This document shows, piece after piece, positions 1-8,554 of a stretch of 64,000 nucleotides of DNA. Position 1 is the first letter of the stretch; every line of letters begins with the position of its first letter. The stretch spans positions 5,990 to 69,989 of the forward strand of contig NZ_DATFFD010000011.1 of assembly GCF_035250425.1 (NCBI RefSeq), written 5' to 3'. This stretch comes from Sphingopyxis sp. Lineage in GTDB: Bacteria > Pseudomonadota > Alphaproteobacteria > Sphingomonadales > Sphingomonadaceae. Made by a program: the position numbers and the translations under genes. The notes under the pieces were generated by a model that did no database searches, had not been told where the DNA came from, and was given only the letters and a program-made list of their open reading frames with translations.

Positions 1-1756
1 CCTTATAGGAAGGGCACATGGCGTCATGGGTATCCCAGCTGAAGCAGGCTCCATTGCCATTGCAGGCGATTGCGCGATCAAACTCCTGCTTCAACGCCTC
101 GTCGATGCGGGCGTCGAGCGTTCCTCTGAAGGGTATCGCGTCGATGCGGTCGATCGCGTCTCCCCCCGGGGGGCTCGCGAGCTTTCCGGGATTGAGCAGG
201 CCCGCAGGATCGAAAGCGCGCTTGATATTCTGCAATTCGGCATAAAGGGTGGGTCCGAAGAAAAATGGCGAATACTCTCCCCGAAAGCCGCGGCCGTGCT
301 CGCCCCATAGGAGCCCGCCGTGCGCTTTCGTCAGGGCAGCTATCTCGTCGGACAGCGGGCGAATGAGCGCGGCCTGTGCCGGGTCCTTCATGTCGATGAA
401 CGGGCGCACATGGAGGCATCCGACGTCGGCATGGCCAAACATGCCGTATTTGAGACCGTATCTGTCGAGGGTGCCGCGAAACCTGGCGACGAATTCCGGG
501 AGCCGTTCTGGCGGAACCGCCGTGTCCTCGACGAACGGGATGCCTTGGCCGCCGCCTCCGATCCTCGCCAGCAGGCCTACGGATTTTTCGCGGAGACGCC
601 ACAAGCCGGCGATGGTTTCCAGGTCGCGGACGATCTTAATGTCGATCTGTTCGGACGGGGCGGCCTGTGCAAGTCCCGCGAGCAGGGCAAGCCCATTCTC
701 GACTTCGCCGGCTGAACCAGCGAACTCGACGAAGCTGATCGCCTTCGTAAGCGCGTCCGGATCGTCTCCAAGCACGGTCTCGATGCCGTTCCAAACAACG
801 TCGGATTGCGCGACGCCGATAACCTTGTCGTCGATGATTTCGATGGCAACCGGGTCGGCGTCGAGGAGGCGCGCCACGTCTCGAAGCCCGGTTTCAAATC
901 CGCTGTAGCGCACGACCGCAAGCGCCTTCGCTCGGGGCTTGGGAATGGCCCGCAGCGTGACCGCCTTGGTTACCGCCAGCGTCCCTTCCGAGCCCGCGAG
1001 GAGAGAGCCGAGGAAAAAGCGGTCGAGCGGCTCCTCGTACACCTTCTGAAGATTATATCCGGTGAGACCCCGGTTCATCTCTGGAAAGACGCGGGCAATC
1101 TCGTCCGCTTGCTCGCGCACGACACGCAGGACCTCGCGGTGGATATTGCCGACCATATCCACGGTGGCCCCCAACTCCTCGGCCCTAGCGGCGGTCATGG
1201 GTTCGGCTGTCCAATCCTCGCCGTTGGACAGGACCAGTTCGACGGCTTCGACATAATCCGACGTCTTGCCGTAGCGCCGCGACCCCTTGCCCGAGGCATC
1301 GGTGCCGACCATCCCGCCGATCGTGGCCCGGCTGGCCGTCGAGACCATGGGCGGGAAGAACAATCCCCGTTCGGAAAGCGCGGCATTGAGCTGATCAAGG
1401 ACCACGCCAGGTTCGACCCGGACGCGGGCACCCGTCTCGTCGCTTTCGACGGAAATGATCCGGTTCATATGGCGAGCGAAATCGACGATGAGGCCGCGGC
1501 TCAGCGATTGCCCGTTGGTGCCTGTGTTGCCGCCCCGCGCGCAGATGGGCACGCCCGCGCGTGCAGCCTCGCGGACGATCCGGTTGATGTCCTCGCCCGA
1601 CCGCGGATAGGCGACGGCGAGCGGGAGAAGATGATAGATTGAATTGTCGGTCGCCGCGACTTCGCGAGCGCCAGCTCCTGTTTCCAGGTCGCCCAAAAAT
1701 CCCGAGCCTGCGAGCGCGTCGGCGAACTTGGCGAAACGGAGATCGTCGGGCCTCAC
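1..1756 (-). CDS. ydiJ: FAD-binding/Fe-S oxidoreductase, D-2-hydroxyglutarate dehydrogenase family (3' part runs off the window)
   Basis: Not in the ORF track (no stop inside the window). Manual translation from GTG 1756 gives VRPDDLRFAKF...ATDNSIYHLLP...ARGGNTGTNGQSL...TIGGMVGTDASG...GSEGTL...FGHADVGCLHVRP...WGEHGRG...CNGNGAC...MCPSYK. The GTG overlaps the upstream TGA (GTGA). Confidence 0.88.
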   Translation of the reverse strand, partial: MRPDDLRFAKFADALAGSGFLGDLETGAGAREVAATDNSIYHLLPLAVAYPRSGEDINRIVREAARAGVPICARGGNTGTNGQSLSRGLIVDFARHMNRIISVESDETGARVRVEPGVVLDQLNAALSERGLFFPPMVSTASRATIGGMVGTDASGKGSRRYGKTSDYVEAVELVLSNGEDWTAEPMTAARAEELGATVDMVGNIHREVLRVVREQADEIARVFPEMNRGLTGYNLQKVYEEPLDRFFLGSLLAGSEGTLAVTKAVTLRAIPKPRAKALAVVRYSGFETGLRDVARLLDADPVAIEIIDDKVIGVAQSDVVWNGIETVLGDDPDALTKAISFVEFAGSAGEVENGLALLAGLAQAAPSEQIDIKIVRDLETIAGLWRLREKSVGLLARIGGGGQGIPFVEDTAVPPERLPEFVARFRGTLDRYGLKYGMFGHADVGCLHVRPFIDMKDPAQAALIRPLSDEIAALTKAHGGLLWGEHGRGFRGEYSPFFFGPTLYAELQNIKRAFDPAGLLNPGKLASPPGGDAIDRIDAIPFRGTLDARIDEALKQEFDRAIACNGNGACFSWDTHDAMCPSYK

Positions 1757-3138
1757 GCGTCGGCGCGCCCGAGCGCCATTCGCCGAGCCTGCGAAAGCTT
1801 CCGGCGGACCTGCTCGATCGATTGTTGCTGTCGTTCCGCATAGAGTTCGAAAGGATCGGCGACGGGGGTGCCGAGTATCGCTTCGAACGCTAACTGTGCA
1901 GCCGCAGCCGAATAGGACTTCGGCCCTTGATCGCCGAGATTCGATTGGAATATCCCCGCCGCGCTCACCGGCAGGAAATCTTCATAAGTGATGGGAAAAG
2001 CGTCGACGAGACCGGCGGCAACCAGGGATTCCACATCGTCAGGTTCATAGCCGTTGATTTCAGCGGTGCTCGAAAGACGATATTCGAAATAGCCGAGGCC
2101 CTCCCGCCGAAGGGTGCAGAGATCGTCGGGAAAACGCTCGAACGCTGAAGAGAGCCGGGCGTCATACGCTTTCGGTTCTTCGCGCGCCTCGGCGAGCAGT
2201 TCGTCATACAGCTGGCGCCCCTTCGGGGTCAGCGCCATGCCCCGCTGCTCGATTTCCCCGAACCTTGCCGTATGCGTACCGCTTTGCGTCTTGTTCCCGT
2301 CCACGAAGCGCACAGGTTCATCGAGCGCTTTGAAGCTCGTCTGGCGCAGCAGAATCGGATGGGCGCGTGCCGGCGGTCCCTCGATTAGGTCCTTGGCCTG
2401 CATGCCCCGGGCGAGCATCTTGCGTTGCGCTGCGTCGATGTCGAGTGTGCGCGGTGTGAGATGATTAATGTGCGGCCCGTTAAAGCAGACGATATCCGCG
2501 ACCAAGCGATGCGCATTATGAAGCCGATTGTAGAGCGCGACGTCGACATTTACCTCGCTATGCCAGCGAAATATCTCGAGGGCGCTGGCAACGAACAGAC
2601 GCGCCTCGCTCTCGTCGAGGCCGCCCTCATGCTCGAACTTCTCGATCAGTGAGATCGTTGCCTCCGGAAAAATCCGGCGAGCGGCGAGCCGGCGGTCGAT
2701 TTCGTCTCTGATATCGGCATCGTCGATCAGTTCGGGCCGAAGCAGCGAGGTGAAGATGCGAAACGGGTTTTTGTTCAGCTTTCCCGGACGCAGGGGCCGG
2801 AAAGCAGTCGCGTGAACCGGCACACCGGCCATCGTCAAATCATAATAGCCTACAGGGTACATGCCCATGACCGCGAAAAGGCGCCGCATCATTGCGAGTT
2901 CGTCGGGGCGCCCCAACCGGATTGCACCATGATATTCTTGAGACAATCTTGCGAGTTCGTCGTGCCGTGCAAGTTCGAATGTCATCGCTGGCTTCGCTTC
3001 GAGAACCTCGCTGTTCACGGCGTCGACGATTTCAAGCAGGGTGCCGTAGAGGGGAACTTCCTCGCGGTACATTGCCGACATCGCATTCGCGAAAAGGCTC
3101 CGGATGAAATCATCCTGGACCAGATTGGAATAAGGCAT
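1753..3138 (-). CDS. hglS: 2-oxoadipate dioxygenase/decarboxylase (DUF1338/YdcJ/HglS family)
   Basis: MSAMYREEVPLY, HGAIRLG, YYDL..AGVPVHATAFRP, NPFRIFTSLLR, GPHINHLTPRTLDID, LRQTSF, HTARFGEIEQRG and YEDFLPVSAAGIFQSNL motifs. Start re-set to MPYSNL at 3138. Confidence 0.9.
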   Translation of the reverse strand: MPYSNLVQDDFIRSLFANAMSAMYREEVPLYGTLLEIVDAVNSEVLEAKPAMTFELARHDELARLSQEYHGAIRLGRPDELAMMRRLFAVMGMYPVGYYDLTMAGVPVHATAFRPLRPGKLNKNPFRIFTSLLRPELIDDADIRDEIDRRLAARRIFPEATISLIEKFEHEGGLDESEARLFVASALEIFRWHSEVNVDVALYNRLHNAHRLVADIVCFNGPHINHLTPRTLDIDAAQRKMLARGMQAKDLIEGPPARAHPILLRQTSFKALDEPVRFVDGNKTQSGTHTARFGEIEQRGMALTPKGRQLYDELLAEAREEPKAYDARLSSAFERFPDDLCTLRREGLGYFEYRLSSTAEINGYEPDDVESLVAAGLVDAFPITYEDFLPVSAAGIFQSNLGDQGPKSYSAAAAQLAFEAILGTPVADPFELYAERQQQSIEQVRRKLSQARRMALGRADA

Positions 3139-3233
3139 GTCCGTCCTGTCTCGGGTTTGCGGCACGTTGAGTGTCCGGGATACAGGCCTTCTAGCGCGGC
3201 GGACTCGAGTACTAAAATCAAGAATCCGACGCA

Positions 3234-3256
3234 TCTTATTCCGAACCGGAATAAGA
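3234..3256. promoter_or_regulatory. 23-bp inverted repeat, probable LysR binding site
   Basis: TCTTATTCCG-AAC-CGGAATAAGA (perfect 10-bp arms, contains T-N11-A), about 100 bp upstream of the hglS start. Confidence 0.65.
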
Positions 3257-3362
3257 AAGGCGCGCGGCGGTGGTGCCGCGCCCTCGCGCGCCAGCGGGTT
3301 AGCGGCCGGAAGCGCTACGGGATAACTGCACCGACCGGCCCGCGCGGCGGGGAGTCTTTCCC

Positions 3363-4523
3363 TTAAAGCTGCGGGCAGATCACGTAGTTGGTGAAGCCGC
3401 CGCATCCGAAGTTGAGTTCCGAAAGCGCGGTGTTCAGTCCTTCGAGCGGAAAGACCTTGGTGTCGAACATGTCGAAGGTGACTCGCCCCATTGCGGCCAG
3501 ATCGGCCATTTCCTGGCCCTGCGCTGTCGAAAACCAGAGCGAGCCTATGAGGGTTTGTGCCTCGTTGACGAGCATGAGCATATTGAGCGGGACCGGTTCT
3601 AAGACACCACCGACATTGACGTGCGTACCGCCTTTTGCAAGCCCGCCGAACGCATCGAGGTAGGCGGCTGCCGACGATCCTGTCGAAAGTGCGTCGATCA
3701 CGACGTTGGCGCCTTCTCCCCCCGTCAGCGCGCGCACGCGCTCGCTAATCGATCCCTCCCCGGCACAGAGGACATCGATCCGGTCGGGTGCGAGCGCCTT
3801 CACCCGTTCGAGAAGCTCCGGGTTGCGACCGACCCCGAAAATTCTGGGGGCCCCCATCGCCAACGCGAACAAGGCCGCGCCGAGACCGAGCGTTCCCGAT
3901 ACGCCGTTGATCAGCACCGTGGTGTTGACATCGACGTTACCTGCCCGAACCGCGCCATAGCCCGTACCGAGATATCCCCACCGCGCTCCGACCTCGAACG
4001 GTACGTTCGGCGGGAGCTTGACGATGCTTTCTTGCGGCGCGACCATGAATTCCGCGAAGCCGCCATAGGGATAATCCGCGAGTGTCTGCGCGGATTTCGG
4101 GCCGAAGCCGAAATAATTGCTGAGCGCGCCATAATCGCAAGCGGTAGGTTGCCCGCGCCGGCAGGCGCGGCAGCTTCCGCAATAGCGCAGGGGGTTGGCA
4201 TAGACACGGTCACCGATTTCGAGCCCGTGCACGAGACATCCCTTCTCGACGATGACGCCTGCAGGGTCGAGACCGTAGATGGCCGGGAGTGTCGGCGCGG
4301 AAATGGCGGGATGGTCTCTGAGCTTCTCGAGTACCGTCGCGTAATTGGGCACAAGGCCGCAGGCGTGGACCTGAACCACAACCTCGTGCGGTCGAGGCGA
4401 TGGCCGATCGATCACATCCACCGAAAAGGGAGCGCCGACGCGATGATATCGGGCCGCTCGCATCGTCTCGTGCACCGCGGTCCCGACGCGATCGCCGTCG
4501 ATTTCCGCCATGTCGATGCTCAT
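3363..4523 (-). CDS. MDR-superfamily (Zn alcohol dehydrogenase-like) oxidoreductase with atypical active site
   Basis: Structural-Zn CGSCRAC...C, Rossmann INGVSGTLG; HACGLVPN and YGLDPAG replace the usual CHxD and GHE. Strong RBS GAGGAGG. Confidence 0.85.
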   Translation of the reverse strand: MSIDMAEIDGDRVGTAVHETMRAARYHRVGAPFSVDVIDRPSPRPHEVVVQVHACGLVPNYATVLEKLRDHPAISAPTLPAIYGLDPAGVIVEKGCLVHGLEIGDRVYANPLRYCGSCRACRRGQPTACDYGALSNYFGFGPKSAQTLADYPYGGFAEFMVAPQESIVKLPPNVPFEVGARWGYLGTGYGAVRAGNVDVNTTVLINGVSGTLGLGAALFALAMGAPRIFGVGRNPELLERVKALAPDRIDVLCAGEGSISERVRALTGGEGANVVIDALSTGSSAAAYLDAFGGLAKGGTHVNVGGVLEPVPLNMLMLVNEAQTLIGSLWFSTAQGQEMADLAAMGRVTFDMFDTKVFPLEGLNTALSELNFGCGGFTNYVICPQL

Positions 4524-4683
4524 ATATTTTCCTCCTCATCCCAGCCGCATACCGGCAATGCCCGATTTCGTGACCGGACTTGTGTTCAGGAATTTTTCAC
4601 AGAGGAGGATTTTTTGCAAGATGAAATGGTATGACAAAAAAGTTCTCATTCTTGAGCCCTAACCTCGACAGAATGGACGGCCT

Positions 4684-4696
4684 ATTGTAGGCCCAT
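4684..4696. promoter_or_regulatory. Module A operator (ATTGT-N3-ACAAT class)
   Basis: ATTGTAGGCCCAT, 11/13 match, between the divergent MDR and GntR genes. Confidence 0.55.
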
Positions 4697-4785
4697 GCGC
4701 TGTGATGGCCGTGAAGTGGGGCGGGGCTACCCGAATTTGCTTTGAAAGTGCCGTATTTACAGGGAATGCTTGGGGTGTCCGAATT

Positions 4786-5535
4786 ATGAAACTGTCTGAG
4801 GAAATGGACGAATTGGTCTACGGTAAGCCGAGCAAAATGTCCGACACGGCCGATGCAGGCGAGGAGAGAGTCGATTCTGCCAATCGTGTCGGATCGGTCG
4901 ACCAGATCGTCCTCGGGATCGTCCGCGGCGTCTACGAGGGACGCTTCGTCCCCGGGCAGAAGCTGATAGAGGGAGATCTGACGCGCCGTTTCAGTGTCGG
5001 ACGCGGCACCATACGCGAAGCGTTACGGCGACTCGAGGCCGAGGGTCTGGTGGTCGCAAGCCTGCACCGGGGGTTTCGCATCCGGCATTTCAGCCGTGAC
5101 GAGGTGCGCGACATCCTCGAGATCAACGCCACGATCATATCGTTGGCCGCCAGTCTCGCGGCGCAGCGGTTCGAACGGAGCCAGGATGTCAACGCACTGC
5201 GCGCTGTTGTTTCCAAAATGGCCCACTCCATCGGGGAAGGTAACGCGTTCGATCTTGCGAGCCTCCGGTTCGATTTTATGCGCGAACTCGTGAAGCTCAC
5301 GAAAAACAAGGAGTTGAGCCGCCACCTCCCGCGTTTCGATGCGACAATCATCCGTGCGCAGTTTCGCGCAACCTTCAGCGTCAAGAACGCCCACGCCGAT
5401 GTCGCCGCCTTCGACAGCATGGTGAGGTCGATCCTCGCGCGCGATGCGGAAGGCGCTGCGCAAATTGGGCGCGATTATGTCCGCTCCTGGTCGACCAGCA
5501 TACAGGAGTTGTCGGACGAACATTTCGCGCACTAG
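4786..5535 (+). CDS. GntR-family (FadR/FCD) transcriptional regulator
   Basis: wHTH PGQKLIEGDLTRRFSVGRGTIREALRRLEAEGLV plus an FCD-like C-terminus. Start re-set to ATG 4786 (could be a later ATG). Confidence 0.88.
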   Translation: MKLSEEMDELVYGKPSKMSDTADAGEERVDSANRVGSVDQIVLGIVRGVYEGRFVPGQKLIEGDLTRRFSVGRGTIREALRRLEAEGLVVASLHRGFRIRHFSRDEVRDILEINATIISLAASLAAQRFERSQDVNALRAVVSKMAHSIGEGNAFDLASLRFDFMRELVKLTKNKELSRHLPRFDATIIRAQFRATFSVKNAHADVAAFDSMVRSILARDAEGAAQIGRDYVRSWSTSIQELSDEHFAH

Positions 5536-5669
5536 TTCGCCCGGCTCTTCTCGATGCTGAGATCGCCGCCCCGCTATCGCGGCTTCTGTAAATCGCTCCG
5601 GCTTCTTCGCCGGTTGGGCGGCTACCGGATCGGTCTGGTGGCAGGGTGAAATAGCTTGTGGGTTTCCTG

Positions 5670-5682
5670 ATTGTCGGTCAAT
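5670..5682. promoter_or_regulatory. Module A operator
   Basis: ATTGTCGGTCAAT, 11/13, overlapping a -10-like TATAGC upstream of the FAH gene. Confidence 0.6.
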
Positions 5683-5748
5683 ATAGCATGACTAAATTCC
5701 GCATGGCCGGACGCTCCGCCACTGGTGCTGCTGGCGGGGAGTCAGGTT

Positions 5749-6714
5749 ATGAAATTCGTCCTTTTTGGAAGTGACGGACGGCTCGGTGTGCTGGACGGCT
5801 CGCGCATTCTCGATCTCGACCGGGCAGCCCGTCGGCGCTCGCAGCCGTTCGAGGCGTTCTCGACCCTCGTGCAATTGATCGAAACCGGAGATCGCGGGCT
5901 CGACGAGGCGCGGACATTGCTCGAGCATTTTGCGGCGAGCGATGATCCTGAGATTTTCACGGCGCTCGATGCGGCGTATCTTCATGCCCCTTTCCCGGGG
6001 CGTCGCCTGGCGTTGGCCGGCAGCAACAACGCAGACCATGTATCGCGAGGGCGGACAAACATGGGCCGGCCTGCAACGCCGGAGGACGTGCGCGAACGGA
6101 CCCGGGAGGGGCTTGGAGGCGGCTTCTGGTCGGTTTCCATCCCCGCTGCGCCGGGCGCCGACATTCCATATCCGCGGTCTTCGCACGGACTCTTCGATTT
6201 CGAGGGCGAGGTGGCAATCGTTCTGGCGCGTGGCGGCAAAGGGGTGCCGGCCGAAGGCTGGAAGGAGCGCGTCTGGGGCAGCACCCTGCTGATCGACTGG
6301 AGCGTACGCAATCACGACTTGCTGTCGAACAAGCGGCCTTTCTACGCACATAAGGTCTTCGACAATTCGAAATCAATCGGACCGTGGATCGCGGTCGATG
6401 AAGTCGATCCGGAAGATTGCATCGTCGAAACGCGGGTGAACGGAGAGCTGCGCCAGAAGTTCAACAGCGGCAACATGATCCACAGCTATGCCGAATTGCT
6501 CGCGCAGATCAGCGAGGACCTGACATTGCTTCCCGGCGATATGCTGTCGGGCGGAACCGGTCCGGGAACCGCCGCTGATAGCACCGTACCAGAGCCGGAC
6601 GGGAAACTGCCCCTCGATCTGTTCTTGCGCGTCGGCGATGAGGTCGAGGTTTCGGCCTCGGGCTTGGGGAGGCTTTCGGCGACGATAGTGGCTTATGATG
6701 GCCCTGTCGGCTAG
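5749..6714 (+). CDS. Fumarylacetoacetate hydrolase family protein
   Basis: DFEGEVAIVL, IDWSVR, HKVFDNS.SIGPW, LLPGDMLSGGTGPG motifs. Start re-set to MKFV. Confidence 0.88.
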   Translation: MKFVLFGSDGRLGVLDGSRILDLDRAARRRSQPFEAFSTLVQLIETGDRGLDEARTLLEHFAASDDPEIFTALDAAYLHAPFPGRRLALAGSNNADHVSRGRTNMGRPATPEDVRERTREGLGGGFWSVSIPAAPGADIPYPRSSHGLFDFEGEVAIVLARGGKGVPAEGWKERVWGSTLLIDWSVRNHDLLSNKRPFYAHKVFDNSKSIGPWIAVDEVDPEDCIVETRVNGELRQKFNSGNMIHSYAELLAQISEDLTLLPGDMLSGGTGPGTAADSTVPEPDGKLPLDLFLRVGDEVEVSASGLGRLSATIVAYDGPVG

Positions 6715-6731
6715 CGCGCCGGACTAGGTCG

Positions 6732-7640
6732 ATGTTCCCGAGACGATTGCTGCCAGCGACGAGCTTGCTCGCGGCTTTCGATGCCGTTGCGCGCCATTTG
6801 AGCTTCAGCGCAGCGGCCGACGAGCTGCAACTGACGCAGAGCGCGGTCAGCCGGCAGATCAAGGTCCTCGAGGATCAGCTGGGCTGTCTCCTGTTCGTGA
6901 GGGACCGCCGCAAGGTGATGCTGAGCGACGCGGGCGCAGCCTATCACCGAGAGGTTAAGCCGATCCTGGCAGCCCTGTTTCGAGCCACACTTGAAATCAC
7001 GACAAATCGCGCCGGCGGGTCGCTCGACTTGGCTATCCTGCCGACATTCGGAACGCGCTGGCTCGCGCCGCGCCTCGGCCACTTTCTTGCCGATAATCCC
7101 GGGGTCACGATCAATCTTTGTACACGGCTCAACGTCTTTGACTTTCATTTCGAGTCGATCGACGCCGCAATTCATTTCGGCCTGCCCGAATGGCCGGGCG
7201 CCGGGCTCGACTATCTAATGGGAGAACAGGTTATCCCGGTCTGTTCGCCCGCGCTGCGGCGCGAGGCAGGTTTCGCCGAGCCCGGCGACCTTCTGCGTGC
7301 GCCGCTCATTCATCTGGTGTCTCGCCCCCGTGCCTGGATGAACTGGTTCGGCTCGATGCAGGTCCGGGCCGGGCAGATCGACGGGCTGATGATCGACCAG
7401 TTCGCGACAGCTGCTCAGGCGGTTGCCGGGGGCGTCGGGGTGGCACTCATGCCGACCTTCCTGATTGCCGCGGAACTCGGGCGCGGGGAGCTGGTACCTG
7501 CAGTCGATGTCGAGCCGATCGCTGGCGAGGAAAGCTATTATCTTGCCTGGCCAAAAGCCCGGACCTCGCATCAGCCCCTGGCGGCATTCAGGGCTTGGCT
7601 CGTCGAGGAAGCTACGCGGTTCCGCAGCGGGGCGCCCTGA
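6732..7640 (+). CDS. LysR-family regulator (GcvA-like)
   Basis: FDAVARHLSFSAAADELQLTQSAVSRQIKVLE HTH; LPTFGTRWLAPRL. Confidence 0.92.
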   Translation: MFPRRLLPATSLLAAFDAVARHLSFSAAADELQLTQSAVSRQIKVLEDQLGCLLFVRDRRKVMLSDAGAAYHREVKPILAALFRATLEITTNRAGGSLDLAILPTFGTRWLAPRLGHFLADNPGVTINLCTRLNVFDFHFESIDAAIHFGLPEWPGAGLDYLMGEQVIPVCSPALRREAGFAEPGDLLRAPLIHLVSRPRAWMNWFGSMQVRAGQIDGLMIDQFATAAQAVAGGVGVALMPTFLIAAELGRGELVPAVDVEPIAGEESYYLAWPKARTSHQPLAAFRAWLVEEATRFRSGAP

Positions 7641-7740
7641 GCTGCGCGACACTTTGTTACGCCGACAGCATTTATCGCGCGTCCCGGCGACCTTCGGGAC
7701 GAACATAGGGGTTGCAATTGTTCCCCCTTTGCTAGACACA

Positions 7741-7753
7741 ATTGTCCTACAAG
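7741..7753. promoter_or_regulatory. Module A operator
   Basis: ATTGTCCTACAAG, 12/13, just upstream of the enoyl-CoA hydratase operon. Confidence 0.7.
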
Positions 7754-7771
7754 AACATAGGGAGTGGATTG

Positions 7772-8554
7772 GTGAGCGAAGGACGCATTTCCGTGTCGTC
7801 GGCCGGCGGCGTGACGACGATCACTATCGACAATGCCGAGCGCATGAACGCGATATCGCTCGCCATGTGGCAGCAGCTAGGGGCCGCTGTCGCGCAGATC
7901 GACGCACAGACGCGATGCGTGGTCGTAACCGGGGCGGGTGGCCGGGCATTTGCATCGGGGGCCGATATTTCTGAGTTCAAGGCGCTTCGACGCCAGCCAG
8001 CGGCGCGCGAGGAATATGACAAGGCCGCTTATGAGGCGATGACCAGCCTCTATGCGCTGCCGCAACCCACGATCGCGCACATCTCGGGCTATTGTATCGG
8101 TGCTGGAATGGCGTTGGCGCTGTGCTGCGACGTCCGTCTTGCCACCGATCGCAGCCTGTTCGCAATTCCTGCGGGGCGTCTCGGGCTCGGCTACGGGCCC
8201 GCAGAGATCAAGCGTCTGATGGATGCCGTCGGCGTTGCGACAGCATCCGATATCCTTCTCAGCGCGCGGCGATACGACGCCGCCGAGGCGCTCGCAAAGG
8301 GACTCGTGACGCGGTTGTTCGCCGCAGATAAGATCGCCGAGGAGGCTGCCAGCTACGCCGCGTCCGTTGCGAAAAACGCTCCGATGACCATTCAGGCCGC
8401 CAAGCGCGTGATCAAGGAACTGGCCGTCACAAGTGACACGGCTGACATGGCGCTTTGCGAGGATCTCACCGATCGCTGCTTTGCAAGCGCAGACTATATC
8501 GAGGGCATCAATGCGTTTCTCGAGAAGCGCCAGCCCGATTTCAAAGGGGAATGA
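7772..8554 (+). CDS. Enoyl-CoA hydratase/isomerase family protein
   Basis: ERMNAISL, GRAFASGADISEF, GYCIGAGMALALCCD. GTG start at 7772 after GGAG. Confidence 0.88.
   Translation: MSEGRISVSSAGGVTTITIDNAERMNAISLAMWQQLGAAVAQIDAQTRCVVVTGAGGRAFASGADISEFKALRRQPAAREEYDKAAYEAMTSLYALPQPTIAHISGYCIGAGMALALCCDVRLATDRSLFAIPAGRLGLGYGPAEIKRLMDAVGVATASDILLSARRYDAAEALAKGLVTRLFAADKIAEEAASYAASVAKNAPMTIQAAKRVIKELAVTSDTADMALCEDLTDRCFASADYIEGINAFLEKRQPDFKGE

Noticed and set aside
26-1642. Plus-strand ORFs 26-310, 320-715 and 806-1642
   Set aside because: They are the antisense shadow frame of ydiJ, which has clear family motifs on the minus strand.
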